Below, piece by piece: positions 47,339-55,965 of a stretch of DNA of 64,000 nucleotides. The first letter of the stretch is position 1. Every line of letters begins with the position of its first letter. The DNA is from Candidatus Dadabacteria bacterium. GTDB taxonomy: Bacteria; Desulfobacterota_D; UBA1144; Nemesobacterales; Mycalebacteriaceae. Location of the stretch: assembly GCA_026708565.1 (NCBI GenBank), contig JAPOUR010000059.1:24814-88813 (forward strand). Reading direction: 5' to 3'. The translations under genes were made by a program, and so were the position numbers. Below the pieces are notes generated by a model, which made no database searches, had not been told where the DNA came from, and saw only the letters and a program-made list of their open reading frames with translations.

Positions 47339-48553
47339 ATGGTCAGGGTGAAACGGAGTTACCAAGCAATCATCGCGGATCATTTCGCCCGCCACCGGCA
47401 GATGGCATTCATCACCGGCCCCCGGCAGGTGGGCAAGACCACCCTGTCCATGTCCATCGGGAAACAGACAGACACCCGCTATCTTAACTGGGATGACCCG
47501 GAAGACAGAGACCTGCTGCTGACCGGGTCGGCCTCTATGGCGGAACACCTTGCTCTGGATAAAGCCCGCGCAAAGCCGCTTACTGTCATCTTTGATGAAA
47601 TTCACAAATACTCCGGGTGGAAGCAGTTTGTTAAGGGGTTCTATGACCGCTATAAAGACCGCTGCAACATCATCGTAACCGGCAGCGCGCGTATGGACAG
47701 CTTCAGAAAAGGCGGAGACAGCCTTATGGGGCGGTATTTCAACTACCGCCTTCATCCGCTTTCAGTCGCGGAATTGCTGAACGGGCCGTCGCCGGAAAAT
47801 GAATACGGCCCGCAAAGGAAACTGAGCGGCAAACAGTTTCAGGCATTGCTGCAATGGGGCGGGTTTCCGGACCCTTTCATAAAGAGGGACCAACGGTTCT
47901 ACAACCGCTGGAGCCGGTTGCGTGAGCAACAACTCATCCGCGAGGATATCCGCGAGATGACACGGGTGCAGGAACTGGACCAGCTGGAGATGCTCGCGCT
48001 GTTGCTCAAAAACCAAGCCGGTCAACTGACCGGCTACACAAGCCTTGCGAAGAAAATCCGCGTGTCGGTTGACACCATACGCCGCTGGGTGCTTGTGCTG
48101 GAATCTCTTTATTACTGCTTTACGGTGCGACCATGGAGCAGGAACATAACGCGCTCCATATTGAAAGAGCCCAAATACTTTTTGTGGGATTGGTCACAAT
48201 GTGATGACGAGGGCGCTCTGTGCGAAAACTTCATCGCCTCCCACTTGCTCAAAGCCGCGCATTTCTGGACTGACACCGGGCTCGGTAATTACGACCTGTA
48301 TTATGTGCGCGACAAGGAAAAACGGGAGGTTGATTTTCTGGTTACGAAAAACCGCAAGCCGTGGATGCTGGTGGAGGCGAAAAAATCCTCCGGCGCGGCT
48401 CTGTCCCCCGGTCTCAGACACTTCAGCAAGGCGTTAAATGTCTCCCACGCATTTCAGGCGGTGGTTGACGATGACTATGAGGATGTGGATGTCTTTTCCT
48501 GCAAGACTCCCGTGATTGTTCCGGCGGGGACTTTACTGTCGCAACTTTGTTGA
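47339..48553 (+). CDS. AAA+ ATPase with a C-terminal DUF4143 restriction-endonuclease-like domain (COG1373)
   Basis: Walker A 'ITGPRQVGKTTL' and Walker B 'VIFDEIH'. The C-terminal region 'YDLYYVRDKEKREVDFLV' is typical of DUF4143. Confidence 0.8.
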   Translation: MVRVKRSYQAIIADHFARHRQMAFITGPRQVGKTTLSMSIGKQTDTRYLNWDDPEDRDLLLTGSASMAEHLALDKARAKPLTVIFDEIHKYSGWKQFVKGFYDRYKDRCNIIVTGSARMDSFRKGGDSLMGRYFNYRLHPLSVAELLNGPSPENEYGPQRKLSGKQFQALLQWGGFPDPFIKRDQRFYNRWSRLREQQLIREDIREMTRVQELDQLEMLALLLKNQAGQLTGYTSLAKKIRVSVDTIRRWVLVLESLYYCFTVRPWSRNITRSILKEPKYFLWDWSQCDDEGALCENFIASHLLKAAHFWTDTGLGNYDLYYVRDKEKREVDFLVTKNRKPWMLVEAKKSSGAALSPGLRHFSKALNVSHAFQAVVDDDYEDVDVFSCKTPVIVPAGTLLSQLC

Positions 48554-48591
48554 CGGGGTTTCGCTCCCGCAGTTTTCAATAAGCCTCCCGC

Positions 48592-49908
48592 TCACTTTTT
48601 CCCTCCAAACGGGTCTTCCACTTCCGGATGCCACAGTTTGAAATGATTTTTATGCAACTCCGTGTAAGCCCCCGGCGGATAAAACTTGTCGTAAAAGTCC
48701 AGATCAAGATGATGCGCCTGAACCATAAAACGCAGAAACATCGGGTCTGAAAACGCGGGGAATCTCCCATAGGTGTCGTAAATGTAGTTGCAAATGTCCT
48801 TTACAACCTGAATCTCCTTTTTCCCCGGACGGACGGTCTCCTCGTAAACGCCCTGCGGGTTTGTGTAGGGCATGTTTTTCTTCTCCCAGTTGCTCCATTT
48901 CATATCGTTGAACGCCTCAACCGCCTCGCCCATGTCTTTGTAATAGGGCGGGCAGAAGCCGTGAAACAGCCCGTCTTTGCCCACCGCAACCGGATTGGGA
49001 TTCGCCGTTTCCCCGCTAGGTTCGGGCTTGGTGAAAGTAAAGCCGAGACCCTCAAAATCATCCGACATTCCAAGCACAAACGGGCTTGCAAAACCGCTGA
49101 ACAGCCACCCGCCGAGGCCGAGAGTCTGAAGCGTCAAAACCATGTTCTGCCCCAGAAACGCCTGCTCCGCTATGAACCCGTTGGCAAAACGCAACTCCGC
49201 CTCTATCAGCGGCATGGTCTTGTTTTTGTCTATGAAGCCGCTTTCAATCCACTTTTGCGTTCCCGGCGGCTTCATGCCGCGCAACTCGTCCGCAAAATTG
49301 AACCTGTGCCCCTCGCGCATGTAGAAGAAATACAGGTTGATGATGCAGGAGGTAAGGTCGGTTACCGGCATAAAGACGGTTGTTCCGGGCTTGTTCACAT
49401 TCCACAGGTTGTGCGTGGCAAGCCCCGGCGGCCGGTCGGGAATGTCCGCACGGCCTTCGCCCGTCTTTATTCTTGACTCCCTGAACAGACGCACGATTTC
49501 ATCAACCCTCTTTTCAAAAGGCATCGCCTCAAGCCCCTTGAAATCATCCGGCTTCATATCGTGCATCTTTATCATGTATGAGCCGCTGTCATTCGTGTAG
49601 AAAAGCTCCGTCCGGTGCACGTCCCCCAGGGCGGGGATGGTTTTGCTTGTGAACTGAACCTCAAGGTCAAGCCCGAGGTGCGGCGGGAAGTCGGACAGGT
49701 TGATGTTCTTTATGCCGAGACCCGTCCATACGATGATTGCCTCCTCAAGTTCGGAAAGCGGCAGCGCCTTGTGGCGCGATTTATACTTGAGCGGGCCCTC
49801 GGTTATCTCCATTCCGAGACCAAACCGCCGCGACCGCCTCTCAAATACGGTGTCAAAGAAGCCGTGCCGCACGGCCTCGTGAAGTCCTTTCGGATAACGG
49901 TCATTCAT
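48592..49908 (-). CDS. Hypothetical protein, possibly nitroreductase-fold (SagB/ThcOx-like) flavoenzyme
   Basis: 438 aa. The N-terminal 'FERRSRRFG' resembles the nitroreductase RRSxRxF motif. Otherwise unassigned. Confidence 0.3.
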   Translation of the reverse strand: MNDRYPKGLHEAVRHGFFDTVFERRSRRFGLGMEITEGPLKYKSRHKALPLSELEEAIIVWTGLGIKNINLSDFPPHLGLDLEVQFTSKTIPALGDVHRTELFYTNDSGSYMIKMHDMKPDDFKGLEAMPFEKRVDEIVRLFRESRIKTGEGRADIPDRPPGLATHNLWNVNKPGTTVFMPVTDLTSCIINLYFFYMREGHRFNFADELRGMKPPGTQKWIESGFIDKNKTMPLIEAELRFANGFIAEQAFLGQNMVLTLQTLGLGGWLFSGFASPFVLGMSDDFEGLGFTFTKPEPSGETANPNPVAVGKDGLFHGFCPPYYKDMGEAVEAFNDMKWSNWEKKNMPYTNPQGVYEETVRPGKKEIQVVKDICNYIYDTYGRFPAFSDPMFLRFMVQAHHLDLDFYDKFYPPGAYTELHKNHFKLWHPEVEDPFGGKK

Positions 49909-49920
49909 GGGGATGATTTT

Positions 49921-52194
49921 ATGCTAAAAACCGGCAAATCCGCAAACCGCGCCCCCGTCCGTGATAAAGTTTTGTCCGTGCCCGCCCCGAATGTTTTTGA
50001 AAACCCCGGCCGCTTCGGCGGCAAAACCGCAATTGTTGACACCGAAGGCGAATGCTCCTACGCATTGCTTGACGATATGTCGCGCCGCGCTGCGGGGGCG
50101 CTGCTTGAGATTGCGGGCTCGCGGGATTTGGCGGAGCGGCGCGTGGCGTTTCTCGTTCCGAAGGGCAGGGAGTATGCAGCCCTCAAAATCGGAATATGGA
50201 GGGCGGGCGGCGTTTCAGTCCCGCTGTGCCCCGACCACCCCCCGGCGGAGACAGCCCGCGCCGTCCGCGATTGCGACCCCTTTGCGGTGGTCTGCCACCC
50301 GGCGTTTGAGCCCGCAGCGCGGAAGATTTGTTCCGGCGGAGGGGCGGTTTTTGCGCTTGCAGGTGAGTTGCTGTCCGCCGCTCCCGCGCCGTCTCTTCCT
50401 GATGTAGACCCTTCGCGCCGGGCGATGATCATCCGCACAAGCGGAACAACCTCCGCGCCCAAGGGGGTTGTTACCACCCATGCCAATATAAACGCTCAGG
50501 CGCGCGCCATGATAAGCGCGTGGGAGTGGACGGAAGATGACGCGGTTTTGAACGTTCTGCCCCTTCACCACCTGCACGGGATTTTGAACCTTCTGCTGTG
50601 CCCGCTCGCCGTGGGGGCGACATGCGAAATGGCGGATTTTGACGCCCGCGCCGTCTGGAAAAGGTTTGAGCGGGGCGGCATAACGGTCTTTATGGCCGTT
50701 CCCACCATTTACGCAAAACTCTCCGACGCTTGGGACGCAATGGATGAAAGTGAAAAAAAAGCGGCGGGAGACTCTTGCCGCGCAATGCGTCTGATGGTTT
50801 CGGGCTCCGCTCCGCTCACTGTCGGGCTGATTTCCCGGTGGCGCGGCATAAGCGGCCACACACTGCTTGAGAGATACGGCATGACCGAGACCGGCATGAT
50901 TCTCTCCGCCCCCCTCAGGGGGGAGAGGAAACCGGGCTTTGTCGGCAGGCCGATGCCGGGCGTTGAGGCGGCGGTTTTCAACTCCGGCGGCGAGCCCGCC
51001 GCAGCGGGCGAAGAGGGCGAGATACGGGTGAGGGGGGAAAACGTGTTCCTTGAATACCACAACAACCCGCAGGCCACCTCGGAGGCGTTTGAAAACGGCT
51101 GGTTCAAAACCGGAGACATCGCCCGGACGGACGGCGGGGGGGATTTCCGGATATTGGGCAGGCGGTCTGTGGACATCATCAAAACCGGCGGATACAAGGT
51201 CTCCGCCCTTGAGGTGGAAAGCGAGATACTTGAGAGCCCCGATGTGGCGCGCTGCGCCGTTGTGGGGGTGGAGGATGAGGTATGGGGGCAGAGGGTGGCC
51301 GCCGCGATTGTGCCGCAGCCGGGGCGGGCGTTTGACGGGGACGGCCTCAGGCGGCGTCTCAAAGAGCGCCTTGCCCCGTATAAAGTGCCTTCGCTGTTTG
51401 AGGTTGTGGACGAACTGCCGGAGAACGCCCTCGGCAAGGTTTTGAAGCCGGAGGTTTCGCGCATCTGGGAAGGCGGCGGAGGCGGCGGCAAGGGCGGGGC
51501 GATAGACCCGGCGAGCCATTTTGACAGGGAGCGCGCCGGGGCTTATGACCGCAGGGTCAGAATTCTGATTCCCGCCTATGACGCGCTTCAGGAACTTGCC
51601 GCCTCCCTGCTTGGGAGCGTCCTTGCCGGGGGCGCAAGGGTTCTTGTCGCCGGCGCGGGAACGGGCAACGAGGCGGTTTCCCTTGCGTCCGCCAATCCCG
51701 GCTGGACGGTAACCGGGTTTGACCCGGCGGGGGAGATGGTGAGGATTGCAAGGGCGAAGGTGGAAAAGCGGGGGCTTGGCGGGCGCGTCCGCCTGATTGA
51801 AGGTTTTGCGGACGCGCTTGAAAAGGGGGAGATTTTTGACGCCGCCACCGCCATACTGGTAATGCACTTTCTGCCCGATGACGGCTCAAAGGACGCATTC
51901 GCGCTGGAGATTTCAAAACGTTTGAAACCGGGCGCGCCGTTTGTCCTTGCCGACCTTGAGGGCGACCCCTCTTCGGACGGTTTCGCCGCCCTGGTGGGGG
52001 CGTGGAGACGCCGCATGCGGTCTCTTGAAGTTGAGGCGGACAAGGTTGAGGAAACCATGACGAACATAATGAAAAACGTGAAGTTTGTTCCCGAAAGCAG
52101 ATTGCGCGAAATACTTGAAAACGCGGGATTTGAGCCGCCCGTAAAGTTCTTCGGGGGCTATCTTGCGGGCGGATACTTCGCGGTAAAATCCTGA
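49921..52194 (+). CDS. Fusion protein with an N-terminal AMP-dependent synthetase/ligase (acyl-CoA synthetase-like) domain and a C-terminal class I SAM-dependent methyltransferase domain
   Basis: - AMP-binding motif 'MIIRTSGTTSAPKGV'.
- 'YGMTETG'.
- 'GWFKTGDIARTDGGGDFRILGRRSVDIIKTGGYKV'.
- Methyltransferase motif I at 'VLVAGAGTGNEAVSLA'. Confidence 0.8.
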   Translation: MLKTGKSANRAPVRDKVLSVPAPNVFENPGRFGGKTAIVDTEGECSYALLDDMSRRAAGALLEIAGSRDLAERRVAFLVPKGREYAALKIGIWRAGGVSVPLCPDHPPAETARAVRDCDPFAVVCHPAFEPAARKICSGGGAVFALAGELLSAAPAPSLPDVDPSRRAMIIRTSGTTSAPKGVVTTHANINAQARAMISAWEWTEDDAVLNVLPLHHLHGILNLLLCPLAVGATCEMADFDARAVWKRFERGGITVFMAVPTIYAKLSDAWDAMDESEKKAAGDSCRAMRLMVSGSAPLTVGLISRWRGISGHTLLERYGMTETGMILSAPLRGERKPGFVGRPMPGVEAAVFNSGGEPAAAGEEGEIRVRGENVFLEYHNNPQATSEAFENGWFKTGDIARTDGGGDFRILGRRSVDIIKTGGYKVSALEVESEILESPDVARCAVVGVEDEVWGQRVAAAIVPQPGRAFDGDGLRRRLKERLAPYKVPSLFEVVDELPENALGKVLKPEVSRIWEGGGGGGKGGAIDPASHFDRERAGAYDRRVRILIPAYDALQELAASLLGSVLAGGARVLVAGAGTGNEAVSLASANPGWTVTGFDPAGEMVRIARAKVEKRGLGGRVRLIEGFADALEKGEIFDAATAILVMHFLPDDGSKDAFALEISKRLKPGAPFVLADLEGDPSSDGFAALVGAWRRRMRSLEVEADKVEETMTNIMKNVKFVPESRLREILENAGFEPPVKFFGGYLAGGYFAVKS

Positions 52195-52200
52195 AATTTT

Positions 52201-52692
52201 GTGTATGGTCTCCCTGAAATGAGCGATTTTTCACCGGAACAGAAACTGCGGGAGATGGGAATTGTCCTGCCCGGAGTTCCGTCCCCTGCGGGCTCTTACC
52301 GGCCTTGCGTCCGTTCGGGGCGGCTTGTTTTTATTTCCGGGCAACTGCCGCTTAAAGACGGGAAACTGCTGTTTGAGGGGCTTGTCGGCGGCGGGGTTTC
52401 CGTTGAGCAGGCGGTGCTGTGCGCCCGTCAGGCGGCGGTGAACTGCCTTGCCGTCCTCAGCGCGGAGGCGGGCGGCCTCGGAGCGGTCGGGAGGATTGTG
52501 AAGGTTACGGGGTATGTGGCTTCGGCGGCGGGTTTTGTCCGGCAGGCCGATATTGTGAACGGCGCGTCCGACCTGTTTGCGGAGGTGTTCGGGGAGAGGG
52601 GACGCCACTCAAGGGCGGCGGTCGGGGCAAGCGCGCTGCCCCTCGGCGCTCCGGTTGAGATTGAAGCCGTGGCGGAAGTCCGGGACGGATGA
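52201..52692 (+). CDS. ridA: RidA/YjgF-family reactive intermediate deaminase
   Basis: 'FISGQLP', 'VKVTGYV', and 'RAAVGASALPLGAPVEIEAVA'. Confidence 0.85.
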   Translation: MYGLPEMSDFSPEQKLREMGIVLPGVPSPAGSYRPCVRSGRLVFISGQLPLKDGKLLFEGLVGGGVSVEQAVLCARQAAVNCLAVLSAEAGGLGAVGRIVKVTGYVASAAGFVRQADIVNGASDLFAEVFGERGRHSRAAVGASALPLGAPVEIEAVAEVRDG

Positions 52693-53474
52693 GAAGTTGC
52701 AATCTCCGGACGGACTGCCTGCCCGCCGGGGTTGACGCCGCCGGGGTGTGCGAATTTCTCCGGCGGTTCGGGTTTGAGGCGCGTCCGGCGGGAGAGTTGT
52801 TTGAAGGCGCGCGCTCCGAGGCGGAGTTTCTCGCCTCCATACGCATAAGGGATTTTGAAAAGCCGCTTGACGTCCCGGCGCGGCCTTCCGGCGGCGGGGT
52901 GAACGGGGAGTTGTGCGTGATTGCCTCCCGCGCCGCCGACCCCCGGGCGGCTTATGACGGTTTCTGGTTTCAGAGGGAGGCGCACCGCATCTGCGCGAAT
53001 TCCTCAAAGCCCGGCGCGGCAAATCTGGTATGCACGGGGCGGCTTCTCTGCACATACGGGCGGGGCAGGTATCACGCGCGGACGGTTGTTATGGGAGACG
53101 CGCCTTCCGTTCAGGTGGTTTCGTCCGAAGGCGTGCTTGAGGGCCCGGCAAAGCCGCCCGAATACTACTGGGCCAAGGCGAGGATGCTTCAGGAGGGCGC
53201 GGCGGACGAAAAGGCCCTTTCCGTTCTTGACGAGGTTTTTGAGGGCGGGTTTGTAAGGCGGTCGGGCGGTTTGCTCGGTCGCGCGGTGGCGGCCTACTGC
53301 CTTCAGCCGCTTATGTATTTTTTCTTTGGAAGGGAGTTCTGCGGCGACCCGCAGTGCAGTTTGTTCAATTCTCACCGGCAGTCCGAGGTGCTGGCCGCGC
53401 AGGCGAAGGGGCGGCTGTGCGCCGGGTGTGAAAAGGTGTTGGAGAGGGGAGGGGTTACCCTTCCATCTTTCTGA
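52689..53474 (+). CDS. Hypothetical Cys-containing protein
   Basis: 261 aa ORF in an operon-like overlap with ridA. Carries 'CGDPQCSLFNSH…CAGC' near the C-terminus. No family assigned. Confidence 0.4.
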   Translation: MRSCNLRTDCLPAGVDAAGVCEFLRRFGFEARPAGELFEGARSEAEFLASIRIRDFEKPLDVPARPSGGGVNGELCVIASRAADPRAAYDGFWFQREAHRICANSSKPGAANLVCTGRLLCTYGRGRYHARTVVMGDAPSVQVVSSEGVLEGPAKPPEYYWAKARMLQEGAADEKALSVLDEVFEGGFVRRSGGLLGRAVAAYCLQPLMYFFFGREFCGDPQCSLFNSHRQSEVLAAQAKGRLCAGCEKVLERGGVTLPSF

Positions 53475-54240
53475 GCGTTTCAATCGCCACGCGGGCGGCC
53501 TTCTTTCCGGAGAGCAGCATCCCCCCGAATGTGGGTCCCATTCTGGGCAGTCCGTATGTGGTGTTGACGGACATTCCGCAGGCTATGAGGCCGGGGTGAA
53601 CCTCTCCGGTGTATTCAACAAGGGCGTCTTCCGCTTTTTCCACCCACATTGAGCCGTGCCCCGGCAGTTCTTTGTAAAGCCCCTGCTGTGAGAGGCGCGA
53701 CACCGCATAGGCGTCATGCCCGGTTGCGTCAATAACCAGTTTTGATTCTATGGATATCGGGTCAAGGCAGGTTATTTCCTTGGGCACATTGGCTATGGGC
53801 GTCCAGTTGATGACGATTCCGGCGACCCGCCCGTCCTCTCTCAGAACCAGGTCGTCAAACATCGTCATGTTTCTTATTGTCACGCCTGCCTCGCAGGTCA
53901 TTGCTATGAGTTTTGAACACGCATAAGGGGCGTCCACGAGAAAATGCCCTTTGGAGACCTCCTCGTAGGGAACTTCTATTTCGTCCAGAACGGTTTCCCC
54001 CGGAGCGCGCACGCTCGCCTTGTTCATAAGGTAGCCGCCTATCCAGAAGCCGCCGCCGAGCGAGTTCAGACGCTCAACCAGCAGCACCTTGTATTTTGCA
54101 AGCGCAATGTCTTTTGCGGCGACAAGCCCGCTGGGGCCCGCCCCGACGACTATCACGTCGCTCTCCGTGTATTCAAGAAACTCGCGGGAAAACCCCTCAA
54201 CGATTGCCCTTGTAACCTCTTTTTCCCCGACCGGGGCAAA
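53455..54240 (-). CDS. thi4: Thiazole synthase Thi4 (sulfide-dependent ADP-thiazole synthase)
   Basis: 'DVIVVGAGPSGLVAAKDIA', 'NVPKEITCLD', and 'GMSVNTTYGLPRMGPTFGGMLLSGKKAA'. The start was reset to ATG 54240, because the track ORF's Arg-rich N-terminus is antisense to the rplI acidic tail. Confidence 0.8.
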   Translation of the reverse strand, partial: FAPVGEKEVTRAIVEGFSREFLEYTESDVIVVGAGPSGLVAAKDIALAKYKVLLVERLNSLGGGFWIGGYLMNKASVRAPGETVLDEIEVPYEEVSKGHFLVDAPYACSKLIAMTCEAGVTIRNMTMFDDLVLREDGRVAGIVINWTPIANVPKEITCLDPISIESKLVIDATGHDAYAVSRLSQQGLYKELPGHGSMWVEKAEDALVEYTGEVHPGLIACGMSVNTTYGLPRMGPTFGGMLLSGKKAARVAIETLRKMEG

Positions 54241-54262
54241 CTTCACTTTTCCGTTTCCGTCT

Positions 54263-55093
54263 TCAGCCATTGTTGTGCTCCTCTTCTTCCGCGCCGGTTT
54301 CCGCCTGTTCAACATTCTCCGCCGTTTCCGTTTCCGTCTGTTCCGCAACGGATTCTGCGCCTGAATCCGCCGCCTCTTCTCCGGGCTGCTCCGCTTCCGT
54401 CTGCTCCGCCTCCGGTTGCTCCGGCGCGGATTGCGCGGGCTCTGTTTCCGCAGACTCCGTAGGCTCCGCGTCCGGGGCTGCTTCCTCCGCAACCTCCTCG
54501 GTTTCGCCCTCCGTCTCCGGTTGTTCCGTTGCGGTTTCCGCCGCCGTTCCGTCTCCGGCGTCCGTCTCCGCCGCCGCTTCCGCCGTTTCAGTCTCCGTCT
54601 GCTCCGGCGGGGCCTCCATGGCCGCTTCCTCATCAATCTCCTCTTCTTTGTCCGGTTTTATGTCAACAATCACGGTCGCTTTTATATGCCCCTTGATCCT
54701 CACGGGCACATCGTGCGTTCCCACGGATTTGATGTTTTTCTCAAGCAGTATGTTCCTTTTTTCCACCGTGATGCCGTGCTGCTCTTTCAGCGCGTCCGCT
54801 ATTGTCTGGGCGGTTACCGAGCCGAACATTTTCTCCCCGCTACTGACTTTGAACTCCATGGTGATGACCTTTCCCTCTATGTCGCCCGCCGTCCTTTCAG
54901 CGTCCGCAATGACCTTTTCGCGTTTCAGCCTCAGGTTTTCAAGCCGCTTTTCCCAGTCTCTGATGTTGGTGGCGGTCGCCTCAATAGCCAGACTTTTCGG
55001 GATGAGGTAGTTGCGCGCAAGACCGTTTTTCACGACCTTTATCTCGCCCGCGAAACCGATGTCGTCTATGTCCGATGTCAGGATGACTTTCAT
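54263..55093 (-). CDS. rplI: 50S ribosomal protein L9 with a ~130-aa acidic low-complexity C-terminal extension
   Basis: 'MKVILTSDIDDIGFAGEIKVVKNGLARNYLIPKSLA', followed by an E/T/A/P-rich tail. Confidence 0.85.
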   Translation of the reverse strand: MKVILTSDIDDIGFAGEIKVVKNGLARNYLIPKSLAIEATATNIRDWEKRLENLRLKREKVIADAERTAGDIEGKVITMEFKVSSGEKMFGSVTAQTIADALKEQHGITVEKRNILLEKNIKSVGTHDVPVRIKGHIKATVIVDIKPDKEEEIDEEAAMEAPPEQTETETAEAAAETDAGDGTAAETATEQPETEGETEEVAEEAAPDAEPTESAETEPAQSAPEQPEAEQTEAEQPGEEAADSGAESVAEQTETETAENVEQAETGAEEEEHNNG

Positions 55094-55103
55094 TTCCGTC
55101 CCG

Positions 55104-55349
55104 CTACCTGTGAAGGGTTGTGTAAGGCAAAAGAGCCATAAAGCGCGCCCGCTTGATGGCGACCGCAATCCTTCTCTGCTCCTTGGCGTTCAAGCCCGTC
55201 CCCCTTTTGGAGATAATCTTCTTCCTCTCGGTGATGAACTGCGAAAGCAGCTCGGTGTCCTTGTAGTCTATTCTCCTGCCCTCTTTGGCAAGGTTGCGGA
55301 CCTTCTTTCCCCTTTTCCTGTTGTGCCTTCTCTGGTTGTGGCTTCTCAT
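55104..55349 (-). CDS. rpsR: 30S ribosomal protein S18
   Basis: '[51 protein letters not shown]'. Confidence 0.9.
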   Translation of the reverse strand: MRSHNQRRHNRKRGKKVRNLAKEGRRIDYKDTELLSQFITERKKIISKRGTGLNAKEQRRIAVAIKRARFMALLPYTTLHR

Positions 55350-55852
55350 TTCCGCTCTCCCTCCTTCTCCCTGCGGGCGGACTTCCAGGGGCTTGAGCCC
55401 TCATCGGACGCCCTTCCGTTCCGCTGTCCCGAAGAGCGCCTCTGCCCTCCGCCCTCTCTTTCTCTCGTGTGCCCTCCGCGCCCGTCTCGCCCTTCGTTTT
55501 CAACCGGAGGGGGGGCGGGCGGCTTTTCAGGCTCTCTGCCGTGCGCCTGGTCTTCACCCACGGACACGGTTATAAACCGCATGATATCGCTTTTGTAAAA
55601 TCCCAGATGTTTCTCAAGCGCGGCGGGCGCGCCGGGAAGGGCCTTGTATGTGAGAATGTGGTATGCGCCGCGCCTGTAGCCCCGCACTTCGTAGGCGAGG
55701 TCGCGCTCGTCCCATTTCTCGTTGCGGATGGTCTCGGCCTCATTTTCCTTGAGCGCCGCGGCCAGTTTGCCCTGTATGGCGGAAAGCTCGTCCTCCCCTA
55801 TGTCCGGCCGGACAAGGTAGAGGGTCTCGTAAAAGTTGCGTTTGTCAGTCAA
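55346..55852 (-). CDS. rpsF: 30S ribosomal protein S6 with a charged C-terminal extension
   Basis: '[15 protein letters not shown]…[22 protein letters not shown]'. Confidence 0.85.
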   Translation of the reverse strand: MTDKRNFYETLYLVRPDIGEDELSAIQGKLAAALKENEAETIRNEKWDERDLAYEVRGYRRGAYHILTYKALPGAPAALEKHLGFYKSDIMRFITVSVGEDQAHGREPEKPPAPPPVENEGRDGRGGHTREREGGGQRRSSGQRNGRASDEGSSPWKSARREKEGERK

Positions 55853-55924
55853 ATGTTTCCTCCTGCTTTGGTCTTGCGCCCGCGCGCCTCATCAATATCG
55901 GAGCGCGGGAACAGGCAAGAAAGA

Positions 55925-55951
55925 CCGCGCCTATTATAACCACAGGCGCGT
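55925..55951 (-). promoter_or_regulatory. Candidate sigma70 promoter for rpsF-rpsR-rplI
   Basis: On the minus strand, TTGACC (55946-55951) is followed by a 15-nt spacer and TATAAT (55925-55930). Confidence 0.4.
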
Positions 55952-55965
55952 CCGGGTCAAACGTC

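Noticed and set aside
54241-54636. Arg/Lys-rich N-terminal 130 aa of the track ORF 53455-54636 (minus), fused to Thi4
   Set aside because: This stretch is the antisense reading of the GC-rich repeat encoding the acidic tail of L9. Thi4 homology begins at 'MAEDGNGKVKF' (ATG 54240).
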